A stretch of 64,000 nucleotides of DNA from Massalongia carnosa (Eukaryota). Made by a program: the position numbers and the translations under genes. This document shows, in pieces, positions 1 to 11,953 of the stretch; within the stretch, counting starts at the first letter, position 1; each line of letters opens with the position of its first letter. Under the pieces are notes generated by a model that saw nothing but the letters and a program-made list of their open reading frames with translations, had not been told where the DNA came from and searched no databases. Location: NCBI GenBank assembly GCA_965645245.1, contig OZ287071.1, forward strand, positions 434,001 through 498,000, read 5' to 3'.

Positions 1-1383
1 TATTGATCTATGAGAAAGATAAATTTGACATGCTTAAGTAATATTATACCATAAAGACAGGGTCCAAGTCTGCACGTGACGTATAATACGTGTCAGTTGG
101 CCCAACTGACGTATTTTTCCTAGCCCTAGTGGTGAGGCAGCTACCTACAGCTAACTGCTTTGGGAGGGTTTAGAAGTTCCGGGTTGGGATGCCAGGAAGT
201 TCAAGGTGGGTAGGGATTGGGGCGGGGTTTTCGGTGTCGGGGAGGGACTTTTCTCTATGGGATGATGGCGACCAGGCTTCATGCATATATTTGGCAGTCT
301 AATGTTGAAAGTTAAAATAGCCGAAAGGGGTTTAGACTGGGGTTCAAGTAAGCCTTCCGTATAATCTAAATCTCGAAAGCTTTTGAAGGAATAGTTGAAT
401 GATGAGTTTCTTATTTCGTCGCCGGCGAAACATTTTATTGTTCTTATTCTTATCACCCTTGAAAACCTAAAAGAGTTTTGTTCGGACCTCCTGTTTTCTA
501 CAACCCTTCGCATTTCCAACCTACAGCCAGCGGAGCAAGAAATCTCTCGTTGTTTTAAGGTTTAACCTAATTTGATTGAGAAAAGAATATCTTTTATGGA
601 CACGGTCGAGAGATATGATACGCTAAACAGTTATTTCAAAGGTTAAGAGAAAATGACATTAGGTGGCATGCTTCATGAAAGCGAATGAGAAGGTTAGGAT
701 AGGCGATCACACAAGAGATAAATGGAATGTGTTAAAGAGCGCAAGGAGAACACGGGCATTGGGGGTGGCCCTCGAAATGACCTGTCACTTGGAAAATTTT
801 ATGGGCGAACAAGGTTGAGATCAAAGAGCACGAAAGAAATCCACAACAAGGATTATGTTTACCCCCAGCAACTTAAACGGGTTGAGAGGGAAGAATAAGC
901 CGGCTTATATATTTGCTCCTAATCACCCCCCACCAAAACCCTGTAAATCAGCCAACAATCATCGCTATAATGCCTGAAGAACGAGGCGCCATACGGATGC
1001 AGCAGTTACTAGAACCGCTATCATGAATCACTTCCTTGGATTTGAAGTCGGACCAGAAAAGCAGCGGCAACACTCGGAAACGGGGGGGTCTAATTAGAGA
1101 ACCGTGAGGTTTTCGTGATATAAATACATATATACTTCATCCTATCGTTAAGGTAGAAGGAGCAAAGGTACGGAAGGATTTTTCCAAACGCACTTTTCGT
1201 AGAACTTTCCATAATGGAGTCTTGGAAGGTACCGCTATTCACAAGTAAAATATAAAATACATATGCAACGGGGTTTGAGACTAAGAAAGCTTTCAATACA
1301 AGGCTTGTTAGATTTTGATGTTGGTTGAGGATAGGGGGTGAAGAAATATAGTTGTGATAGAAGGGAGAGGGGCGCATGCATGT

Positions 1384-3924
1384 CTATCGCTTGTTCCTGT
1401 TAGCCTGGTATTTTTCGTGCTTGGCAATAAGTTCTTTCCTATAAGGGTTGCGTTAGCGAGCTATTTGCAGGACGAGAAGCGCGCTCGCCTGTCACTTACT
1501 GTAGCTGCATCGGCGTAGGGCTATATGCGCTAAATTCCATACTAAATTCTCCCTTGCCCTGCGTAGCTGCCCTCAACAGGCTGGAAAAGCCAAACATGCT
1601 GTTGAGACTGCAATCAGCGTACAGCGTGAAATCTTCGGCCCCAATGTCCGTTTCATTTATGGTCGCATTGCGCTTGTTCAGTAGGCCTATGATGTTGCCC
1701 TGAAACTCATTCGGCGCCGTAATGGTCGTTTTCATAAGGGGCTCGAGGATCTGCGGGCGAGCAGTAATAAAGGCTTTGCGGAACGCTTGTCGCGTCGCAT
1801 TCTTGAAAGCCATTTCCGACGAATCGGTTATGTGTGTCACGCCGTCATTGATCACCATGCGGGTGCCGATGACGGGGTGGCCGACCAAGGGCCCTTTCTG
1901 ACAAGCTAGTTGGAAGCCTTTATCACAGGCGAACAGGAATTTCTCCGAGATTTTGCCACCAACAACCTGCTGAACGAACTCACCAGCCCCCAACGTACCA
2001 GTTGGCTCCATATAGCCCATGACACGGGCGTAGTCACCAGCACCACCGGTTTGCTTCCTGAGAAGATGGTCGAATTTGACCTTATCGGTAACGGTCTCAC
2101 GGTAGGCAACTTGTGGTTGGCCGGTTACGCAGGCGACCCTATATTCGCGGCGCATACGTTCGACGTAGATTTCTAGGTGGAGCTCGCCCATGCCGGAGAT
2201 GATGGTTTCTTGACTTTCATTGTCCACATGTACACGAAAGGTAGGATCTTCGCGCTGGAAGCGTGCCATTGCCTTTGAGAAATTGGGGAGATCTTTGTTG
2301 TCCTGCGGTTTAATGGAGAGAGAGATGACGGCATCGGGGACGAACATAGAAGTCATACTGTAGCCAAGGGTACCATCGGTAAAAGTATCCCCAGAAGCGC
2401 ATTCGACACCGAAGACGGCACAAATCTCCCCGGCGCCAATTTCCGAAATTTCCTCCATTTCATTCGAGTGCATTCGAACGATTCTAGGAACTTTGACTTT
2501 TTTTTTCGTCCGGGCATTGAAGACATGCGAGCCTCTCCGCAGCGAGCCTTGGTAGACGCGAATATAGGTGAGCTGGCCAAAATTACTCTCCTCAAGCTTG
2601 AATGCCAGGCCTACGAAAGGGAGAGAGTTATACGAGACTAGCTTGACAGGTGCCTCTTGACGATTTCGGTCCAGGGCTAGGTTCTCGACTTCGGAAGGAT
2701 TAGGCAGGTAATCGCATACTCCATCAATCATCGGCTGTATTGACTTGTCTGCCAGCGCCGAGCCCATAAAGACCGGAGTAAACTTCCGAGCAATTGTCGT
2801 TCGCCGAATGGCAGCTTTGATTTGCTCGATTGAGGGTGTCTGCTCCTCCAGAAAAATCTCTGCAATCTCATCATCAACGTCAGCTAGAGTTTCGATCAAA
2901 CTGTTCCGCCTTTCTGCGGCAAGTTCTTTAACGCTCTCGGGAATCACATCTGTTTCTATAATATCTTCCCCTTTGGTTCCTTTGTTGTAGATGGCTTTCA
3001 TCCGTACTAAATCCACCACTCCTTCAAAATTATCTTCCACTCCAATCGGCACCTGTACGGCCGCAGCACTGATCTTCAGTTTATGTTGAATTTGATCAAC
3101 GGCTTTGAATGGGTTTGCGCCCATCCGATCCATCTTATTGATAAAAGAAATCCTTGGCACATTGTATCGTCTCATTTGCCTGTCTACGGTGATGGTCTGT
3201 GATTGTACGCCGGACACCGCACACAGAATCATGACTGCTCCATCTAAAACTCGTAGAGCTCTTTCGACCTCAATGGTAAAATCGATATGTCCTGGTGTAT
3301 CGATTAAATTAATGTGATACCTCTCCTCCTTGCCATTTTCATGCTTCACCCAGTCACAGAAAGTAGCAGCCGACTGGATGGTAATTCCTTTTTCTCTTTC
3401 TAAGTCCATCGAATCCATCTTCGCCCCCACTGCATCTTTACCTCGAACTTCGTGTATTACATTAATCCGGCCTGTGTAAAAGAGAACACGTTCGGTGGCC
3501 GTGGTTTTGCCGCTGTCGATATGGGCCTGGCTAAGTCAATGAAAGTTCGCACCAGAGATCTATAGACTAACAGCTATTCCAATGTTCCTGACTCGAGATA
3601 ATCGTGCTGCCTCTTGAGGTTTAAGATTCTTGATAATCGTCTGTTGTGCTAAAATTTCCGGTTCTGCTGCTTGTTCCAATCTAACCCCCATTAGCTTTAA
3701 GGCCAAGGTGGTCTTCGTCCTACATACACAGCAGCAGCAGCTCCAGACTGTTGGCGCAAGCCTCCCCATCGCCGGTCCAGCAGTAGCCACGAGGCTCCCA
3801 AAGGTCGGAGAGAAGTTGAGGAGGCGCATCTCACAGTCCTTGTGGATACCGTTCGAGCAATGTGGGGACCATTATTAGAAAGAAACAATTGTAGCTGTAA
3901 GGTCTTCATTCCACGCAACCGCAT
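1384..3924 (-). CDS. MEF1: Mitochondrial translation elongation factor G (EF-G1), 4 exons
   Basis: [16 protein letters not shown]-loop split by an intron, DTPGH and NKMD GTPase motifs, EF-G C-terminal domains. Arg/Ser-rich targeting-like N-terminus from ATG 3924. Last exon [17 protein letters not shown] follows a GTAAGT..GCTAAC..TAG intron. Confidence 0.95.
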
Positions 3925-4058
3925 ACTTATTTATGGCCACAGCTACGAAGTCGATCGAGGTAAATTCCGTCAACCGCAAGTGAAATGTGGCTTGGCATAA
4001 ACTTTTTTTTTCAGCCCTATCCGAGTTTGCTAGGGTAATAAAATAGCGTGTTGAATTA

Positions 4059-5386
4059 ACTAAGCACGCCCCTGAAAAAAAAACTGGCAACGTGTAGGCG
4101 ACTTTACCCCATTAAAATTCCCCCCTTTTCATCAACCATCCACACCAACATGCCTCGTAAGCAACGTGCAACTCACTACGATACTCCCATTCGAGCTAAA
4201 CTTCAAGGAATTCATGAATATCTTCTTGATGAAGGCATCGTACATGATCCACGAAATCTTTTCAAGAAGTATGGCGTTTCGGAACGAGCTGGCTACAGAA
4301 TTATTCGCAAAGGAGCTTCGACACGTACTCGTCATCATACAGAGCTTATAGAAACGCGAGGAAGACGATCAAAAATCACAGGCGAGCAAGTACGAGAGGC
4401 TGATCGGCTGCTTCAGGAAGATGAGCTACAACTCGAAGGAAAACGCTTGACATGGGAACAAGTTGCGATGGAAGTTGGAGCAGATGTTGTGGGTCGTATA
4501 ATGCATAACGTGCTACGTGCTGCATTGAATTACGAGAAAGGTCTAGCCTGCGTCAAAGGATGGCTGGCCGACCCTCCTATGCAAAAACGGGTGGAATACG
4601 CTCATATAATGCTGGCCAAATATCCTAAACCAGAAGATTGGTATCGAGTACGATTTAGTGACGAAGTTCATTTCTCCTACGGGCCCGAGGGCAAATTACG
4701 CATCATACGTCAGCCAGGCACACGCTATAGATGGGATTGTATACAACATCGTGATGCGCCAGCGGAGAAAGATCGAAAGAGACTGCATTGTTGGGCGGCT
4801 GTAGGCTACAACTTCAAGTCGGATATTATATTCTACGAAGTGCCGGGCAACAGCAATGGCAAGATGACGCATCAAGTATACATTAACTCAATACTTGAGC
4901 CCGTTGTCATGCCGTGGCTAGAGCGAGGGGATGATTTTGTGCTCGAAGAAGATGGTGATTCCGGGCATGGCACAGGCAGGACGAGAAACGCAGTCAAGAA
5001 ATGGAAGGAGGATCATCGTTTAGAGCATTATTTCAACTGCTCTTCTTCACCTGATTTGGCTCCTATTGAAAACTGCTGGCAGCCCACAAAGCAGCATATT
5101 AAAAAGTATCCTCATTGGGACGAAGCGAGCTTAAAAGCATTGATTTGTGAGGGCTGGGCGACAGTCAGTCAGGAGTTTATTAATGAGAGAGTACGATCAA
5201 TGCCTCAACGGCTAAAGGACGTCATCTCAGCTGAGGGGGCCATGACTGGTCATTAATTTGATGTAAATAGCTTTCAATTGACTGGTTATCGCAATGTAAA
5301 GGTGAAATGTTGATAAAAAGGGGTAAAATTTAGTGGGGTAAGCTCGCTTACATGTTGCCAGTTTTTTTTTCAAGGGCGTGCTAAGT
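4059..5386 (+). mobile_element. Intact Tc1/mariner DNA transposon (1328 bp) with ~75-bp imperfect TIRs and TA target duplication
   Basis: Left end TA|ACTAAGCACGCCCCTGAAAAAAAAACTGGCAAC matches the reverse complement of the right end GTTGCCAGTTTTTTTTTCAAGGGCGTGCTAAGT|TA. Encloses an uninterrupted transposase ORF. Confidence 0.93.
4150..5256 (+). CDS. Tc1/mariner DDE transposase (368 aa, DD38E spacing)
   Basis: Motifs RFSDEVHF, LEEDGDSGH and SPDLAPIENCW; N-terminal HTH-like region; 38 residues counted between the second D and the E. Confidence 0.93.
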   Translation: MPRKQRATHYDTPIRAKLQGIHEYLLDEGIVHDPRNLFKKYGVSERAGYRIIRKGASTRTRHHTELIETRGRRSKITGEQVREADRLLQEDELQLEGKRLTWEQVAMEVGADVVGRIMHNVLRAALNYEKGLACVKGWLADPPMQKRVEYAHIMLAKYPKPEDWYRVRFSDEVHFSYGPEGKLRIIRQPGTRYRWDCIQHRDAPAEKDRKRLHCWAAVGYNFKSDIIFYEVPGNSNGKMTHQVYINSILEPVVMPWLERGDDFVLEEDGDSGHGTGRTRNAVKKWKEDHRLEHYFNCSSSPDLAPIENCWQPTKQHIKKYPHWDEASLKALICEGWATVSQEFINERVRSMPQRLKDVISAEGAMTGH

Positions 5387-5637
5387 TAACACGCGGGTGA
5401 CAAAAAAACGGGAACACCAAAATTTTCGCTTAATTCTATTAGGCATTGATGCTACCCACTTGATCTGAGAAAGCTTCGCCCACCCCTTTCTGATTGCAGC
5501 TATTGTAGTTTGATCATTTCAATAAGATTGACGATCAACGATTTGCTTGAGAGCTTGTCAGCAGTTCTCAATTGACGAAAGATCGGAAGAATGAGAGCAG
5601 TTGAAACAGTATTTCAATTGATGCTCGTCTTTCCATC

Positions 5638-5788
5638 TATGAAATTATTGATTCACTTTGTAGGTATAATAGCATGATTGTCATTGAAGGTAAGCACTAG
5701 ATGGATGCCCATGATGGTAGTCTAACAGTCTAACAATTACCATCTAACAACTAGATAGATGTTAGATGTTAGTCCTTACAATCTAACA
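5638..5788 (-). mobile_element. 151-bp insertion, probable short solo LTR
   Basis: Flanked by a 5-bp duplication CCATC (5633-5637, 5789-5793). Reads TGTTAG...TTTCATA on the minus strand. Removing it restores the host transposase frame (NVVRRW-KDEHQL). Confidence 0.7.
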
Positions 5789-6118
5789 CCATCTTCGTAC
5801 GACATTGTCTTTTCCTGAACCATGCCCGAAATCTTCGTCCTCTTCCATTATTAAATCATCGTCTCTTTTCAGTCATGACTTAACTACAGAGTTCAAAATG
5901 AAGTAAATATACACCCTTTGACTCATCTTTCCATTGAAATTTCCGGGAACTTCGTAAAATATGAGCTCTGATTTGAAGTTCTAACCCACAGCGACTCAGC
6001 AATGATATCGTTTCTGTTTTTTGTCCTTTTCTTTCGATTGACGCTGTTCCTGAATACAATCGTCACACGTACGCTGATCAGATTGACGTATGATGCATAA
6101 CTTTCGCTGTGAACCACG

Positions 6119-6489
6119 TGTCATGGAATGACTGGGCACCTGCCAGTTAGTTCATTGAACCAACCTTAGCTGCTTGAACGAAGCACTAGCCGGCTAGCTG
6201 ATCCGAAGGAACTAAGCTTAATCCGGTTTAGTTAGGGCAAAGGTAAGTGTTCCGGCTGAAGGTAAGTGTTCGGACTGTCAATAGTGTCATAGCGATAGTT
6301 TCATGCCAGGGACTTGGGAAATTGGATCAACGGCTAGATTGGGACTGGTTCCGTTCGCCAGAGTCTTATACTCGCCCACGTTGGATTTTCTGTTTCTTTT
6401 CTCCTTGTCGAACGTCTTGTCCACCTAGCTAGACAATCAAGTAATACGTTTGCACCATCTGAATTTCTACCTGACCTCGCACCGTGACA
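6119..6489 (+). mobile_element. Solo LTR (371 bp), family A copy 1
   Basis: TGTCA...TGACA termini and 5-bp TSD CCACG (6114-6118, 6490-6494); a close inverted copy lies at 57993-58346. Strand is given only relative to copy 2. Confidence 0.92.
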
Positions 6490-7313
6490 CCACGACTGAA
6501 ATGTACTTCATTAGAAAATCGTACTTTCTTTCAGTCATTAAGCGAATATGTGTGACTTTTTCCTCAAGCTCAGGCACGACGTGTGTTGATTAAATTCTCG
6601 AGAACGTAGATCTTGATGCATGCGAGGCATTTGTGATAATTTCGCTTGTTCATGACCCTCTGAATCGTATGCCATGAAACGGAGAGAACCTCAGCAGCTG
6701 CAGTCAGTTGAGTTCAGGTCATTGCTCTTCCTTCAAGCCCCACGTTTGTAATATCTCATTCATACGATCAATATTTTCGTCTAAAAGCTTATCATGACGA
6801 CCACGAGACTACGATTCATGAGCGTTGTGAGCGCGACGACTTGTTCGTGTTTTTAAGCATAACATAACCTCGAGTCCTTCTCACGCCAAAAAAAATCGAA
6901 ACCATTTTGCTTGCTGTGCAGAATTCCTTTCGCCTGAGCATATTTTACAGCCCCCTGGACTTTAGCTTTAGTGGGAGTAGTAAAACCATCATATTTAGTA
7001 GAATCAGAGCCTGAATTGAGCTCCATTATTATAAATGTAGAGGTTAGAAAGGTTGAGTTGCAAGCGAAAATTCTGGTGTGCGCGTTTTTTTGACAGGGAG
7101 TATCACTGCCGAATCCGCAACTCTTATTGTCATGCATTTAGACAGCCTTTCGGATTGATTTAACGGGTTTCAAAGGTTAACAAACGTTTTGCTCATCACC
7201 ACGATAGTTTTCGTCTAACTTTTCTTACCCATGAGTCCTTATCAGTTCATCGTAGACGAAAGATCTTCACCCTCTGTACACTTGAAAAACCCTTACCATG
7301 GGTTATTTATTCC

Positions 7314-9261
7314 TCATAGCATCACAACCCCCACTCCACCACGTTGTTTCTCGTCAATATTATTCTTACCGTCTACACCCCCGGCAATTGGTGGCGTGCG
7401 ATAATTGTATAAGTAATAGTGCAGTTGGCCATCCCCGGCGCCGAATTTTTGATTTTCCAGGAAGAGCGGATTGTCGAGAAGTGTCAAGGCGTTGAAGACG
7501 TCGAAATTGTGCTGAGATATTTGTGTTAGAGGTATCTTCCTCTCCGGGTTGCATAGGGACTAAACATAAATCAAATACCTTCTTGGCTAGTATCAGAGCA
7601 TCGGTTATCAACGCATTCAACCTTTCCCTTAGACCCTGCTCCTGCTCCGCAAAGGCCTTCTCGGAGGCGTAATAGAATAGGTAAGCAGCGCGGACATTGT
7701 CGTGTTTCTGGTTTCCGATTACTGAAGATTCCAGGCAGTAAAATGAGAAAAAATCAGTGATTCTATGGCTATTAGGCTCTTCAATGACATACGTCCAGAT
7801 CACCTGTTCGACGGCGGTTTTTTCGTTGTGGAGCAGCCAGTGCTCTATTTCTTCTACATTAAATTCCGGGGCCATGTCGAACCGCTTAAGGTATCTCTCT
7901 AATAGGATATGTACGGCCTCGACATCTTTCTGCTGCATTGGCCGTAAGCCAGGCGTAGCTGTTGCGCTTGGCAGATGGTATCGCGTTATCTGCCTTGCCT
8001 TGGTAGAGTTTGATGGAAGCGGAGAAAACCCAATTTCGTAGAGTTTCAGCCAGTCCAAGCTTCGGTGGAAGTACCGACAGGAGCTAACAGGTTTAGGAAG
8101 CACAATACCGGCCGTATAGATGGCTTGAAAAATTTCCTGAGCATAGCATCTTCGTGTGATCTCTTGAATGAGGACTGGTGCAAGGCGCTTAGACCGGAGC
8201 TTCTTATGCACACAGAGGAAGTTAATCTCTGTACTTTTGAGCACTTTAGAGCGAACACGGAGGGCGATCGGGACGCCGGATATAAAAGCAACGAGTTTCT
8301 GGGACTTCGTGGCGCGGACGCCGACGTGCCAGTCTTTGCGCCAATCGGGGGATTTAAGAGCCCTAGAGATGAAGTCAGAGAAACCCGGGACAGGAATCAC
8401 TACCCTCCAATTACCAGTTAAGGAAAGAAATAGAATAGTTAAATCTAAACATGGCTTCATCGTCTTCAACATAGTGTCCTGTTAAAAGTTCATATACTTC
8501 TTGCAGCTGAGACCATGTTAGCCATGTGTCCCTGCACTGGTTGCAATACAGTTCACCTCCTTTTCGTTCGTCAAGTCCATCGTAACCCATTCGAAGCCCT
8601 CATACATGGCCCGTGGCTCCTTGGGGACATTTTCTGGATCAATGATCTTAATAGGGCCTTCTTCCTCCTGCTGGGTCTCGTCTATTCCAGGTCAGTTGGT
8701 ATAGCGGTAATGCTCTATTGTAGACTGACCAAACCGGGGAACTGGCTGGGTTTGCCAGAATTTATATGAAGCCATATCCTTTTGGTTTTTCCCGCTCACA
8801 GACTGAGACCAAAGTTAGACCGCGAGAGGCAAAGTAGTAAATCTTGACAGTAATAATACCATGCCCGTAAGTAGATCGGCGACATCAAGTTTCTTCAAGG
8901 TCTCGGTGGCCTTTTCTTTGTCCATGCCGGCGACCTCGCTCTTCAAAGAAGGATTCATCTCCAACAACTGCTCCACCATGCCCGCCGTAAGTTTGCTAGC
9001 AGGGTGGGACGAACTGCTTGATCTATCGGCACCTCCCTCATCACTACCCCCAACCCCGAAAGCTTTCTTCAATTTGGCTCTTTTCGATTTCTTTTTCTTT
9101 GCTGACGAACCGACTACAAGAATGTCCGTATTTGTGACGTCTGCGTGCTCTTCCTCACCTACATCGTCGTTGTCGGTCGCGTTGGAAACTTGAGAATTTA
9201 AAATCTCGTCGACAGCTTCTTCCTGATTCTTGAGATCAGTCTCCTTGGATTCTTCTGCCAT
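7314..9261 (-). CDS. NMT1: Glycylpeptide N-tetradecanoyltransferase (N-myristoyltransferase), multi-exon
   Basis: [46 protein letters not shown] and C-terminal GGVGVVML* motifs. Confidence 0.95.
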
Positions 9262-10271
9262 ATTTGGATCTTCGGGCTTGAATTGCCGTGATGTGTAAAT
9301 TGCAAAAGGCCTCGGCTACTTCAAATGTATAGAGTAGCTTAAAGTCTGCTTGGTTTTAGGCTGCCATGTTCTAACGTATGTCAATTACCTATTATTTTTG
9401 AAGCTTACAGATTGATGGTGTAATCTTTTGCAGCCACTCATCTAATGCTATCTACCAAAAGACACGTAACATATTAAGCCAGTAAATGCTATCCATACCA
9501 AAATTAAATTCTCGCCACTTACACAAGGCTACAAGTCATAGCGTCTACCAGGGTGGTTTTCGCTGTTTTCCGTGTACTGTTAGGGCTCACTCAATTGATT
9601 TATCTTTAAATGATTTCTTTCCTATTTCATCTACGTTACATCTTGAACAGGAACCTGGTAAACATATCCTCCAAGGGATAATAACGTAATTAACCTAACT
9701 AATGCTAGCGCTAGGGCGATGGAACACTCGGCGGATCCCTCAACTGGAGTTCTTGTTAGCAGCAATAGTCTTGAAGCTTGCGCCTGGGGAGCTTCAACTG
9801 AGGATCATAAAGAATTAAGGCGCATGTCCAAAGTACGGTCTTCGATCTATGTCCTTCGAAACGGTGGTTCTAATCTCTTCAATAAAAGAATCCAGTAGTG
9901 ACTAGAAACCCCATTGTATTACTTTCTACCTGCTTCAAAAGGGACTTTTTGTGTTTTGCTAGGCAACATGCTCTGGCCTGGTGGCCATGACCTGAAAGAG
10001 TGAAAGATGTGAATATAATATTTTATGTATGCACATATATCAAAGTGTAGATTGGTATACGCCAAATCCAGTTTGAAAATGACTAACGTAGTCTGGACGA
10101 AAAAAATATATCAACCTCAGTCGATTAGTGCATAAAAAGAATAGCTTCTTTCTCAATGGCAACTCAAACAGATTTAGCACCAACCAAAGCATCATACTCA
10201 CTGGTTTTTCGCCACAAAGGGTTTTTTTTAAATACATATAAAATGATATACTGGGTTGCCGGGAATTTTAT

Positions 10272-11658
10272 CTAGATTTTTAGTTTAAAGCTCTTCAACA
10301 CAGCCTGGGCAACAGAGGAATATGTAACAATACGGTTGTGCCCTATGCCATAGGTCAGCTGAATTGAGACAGTTAAGAGGTAATCGAGTAATTTGCCTCC
10401 GGTAGCCACAATCTCTTGGCGGATTCTTTTAATAGCTCTTTCACCCTGACCTGCAGCCGTCCAAGTATTAGTCCAGCCCGAGTCTCCTAGAGATCGATGG
10501 GTCTTCACGCCATCTATTTGCTTGAAGGTTAGGCCCTGTTCACTGGTAGCGTTGGCAGCCGCATAGAACAACGCATCAGAATGTTTCCAAGGTATCTCAT
10601 AGTCGTTCCTCGCGTGGATGAGAGTAACCTCGCAGTTGTTGCTATTACGAACAAAATTTGCCAGTCGAGTACTTGTCTGCCATGTATCCTCGATGTGACT
10701 TGCAAAGAACCTCTGAAGCAAGGGATACGGCCTCATTGGAGAGAGTATTGGAATTATGCCACCAATTGAATAAGTCAACATGAGCGTGGGAATGTCAGAA
10801 AACCCGGCTACCAAAACAATACCAGCAAACTCAGTTTGCTGTTTTAGGATAAAATGCTCGACAACTGCAGTCGCGACGGCAGTGCCAAGGCTCTGCCCAA
10901 GGATAACAATTCTTTCAGGCGGGATTTTGGCGACTTCTAGAGTCCACTCCACTAGCGCGATACCATCCATAATGAGGCCATTTTCCGTAGGGTTACCGGT
11001 AGAATATCCAAATCCACGATAGTCAACAGTCAAAATATGTATCTTATCTGATGCTCCTGAATATATTGCTCTGTAGGTATCGGTACGCCATCCTTGAGCG
11101 ACTGTACCTGCGTTACCATGAACTAGTTCTCGTTAGCGACACGCTAACTCTCTATGGCACGAAAGGTTCTGTACAGACAGTTAATCACTACATGACTCTG
11201 GGGATCATGAATAAGTAACTTGAAAGCTACGGTATCCAGTAGGTCTTTAGGGAGGACTGTAGACTCATCGAGCAAGAGTGCCTCGTTCTTGGCGTATAAA
11301 GCAAGCGGCAACACATGCCATGCGAAGAGAGTCTCTCCATCAGGTGTACCGATACTGAAAGGCCGAACCTGGTTTTCTGCAGATTGTGAGTGACTCTGAA
11401 AGCCGAAAAGGTCGAAACAGAGGCCTACTTAAAAAACCAAACTGTTCCGGTTTCTTCGGATCTTGCCACCACGCTGTATTTATTTTATGGGCATAAAGTG
11501 CACCATTTTTCATTAGAGCAAGCACACTCAGTTCTGACGATCCTCACTCACTGTCTTTGAATTTTGCCGTTGAGCAGTAGCGAAAGAAATAGAAAATAAA
11601 GCGCCCCGGCTCCAGCGAGTAACCAATAAAACTTTTTCAAAATTGGTGCAAGAGCCAT
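10272..11658 (-). CDS. ABHD12-like alpha/beta hydrolase with N-terminal membrane anchor, multi-exon
   Basis: DYRGFGYSTG, nucleophile elbow GQSLG, HARND, GHN; first exon MALAPILKKFYWLLAGAGALYFLFLSLLL is hydrophobic. Confidence 0.85.
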
Positions 11659-11953
11659 GAGAGGTCTTGAGGAGCGAGTTAGCAGCGCCGAATAAACAAA
11701 CAATAGGTAACTACTCTATAATGTACAGAGTACCAAAATCACTCTTAGCAAATCAATATAATTTAGTCACCTAGTTATGTAACTAAAGTTAGACGCTCGA
11801 TTCGCCAAACTTTTAGCCGCAATTTCCCTGCGAGATCTTTCCCTCTGTTCATACTTGATAAACTATAATTTACCATCGCATTCGAAGCAGGCAAGCTTTA
11901 TGATCCCACTTGCTGGCTTCATCCTTCAATATCAATATCAATAATTTGAAACA

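Larger units (their letters stand above)
5392..7100 (-). mobile_element. Decayed DD37E Tc1/mariner element (relative of the adjacent one), interrupted by two solo LTRs
   Basis: Minus-strand fragments [62 protein letters not shown] and SSDLSSIENC* align to the intact transposase. Degenerate TIR pair (CAAAAAAACG..ACACCA.AATTTTCGCTT) at ~5392-5431 and ~7062-7100, with TA at 7101-7102. Confidence 0.88.

Noticed and set aside
151..1377. ORFs 151-519 and 1090-1377
   Set aside because: No recognisable motifs or convincing exon structure.
1906..3317. Antisense and alternate-frame ORFs inside MEF1 (and similar ones inside other genes)
   Set aside because: Shadows of the real coding frames.
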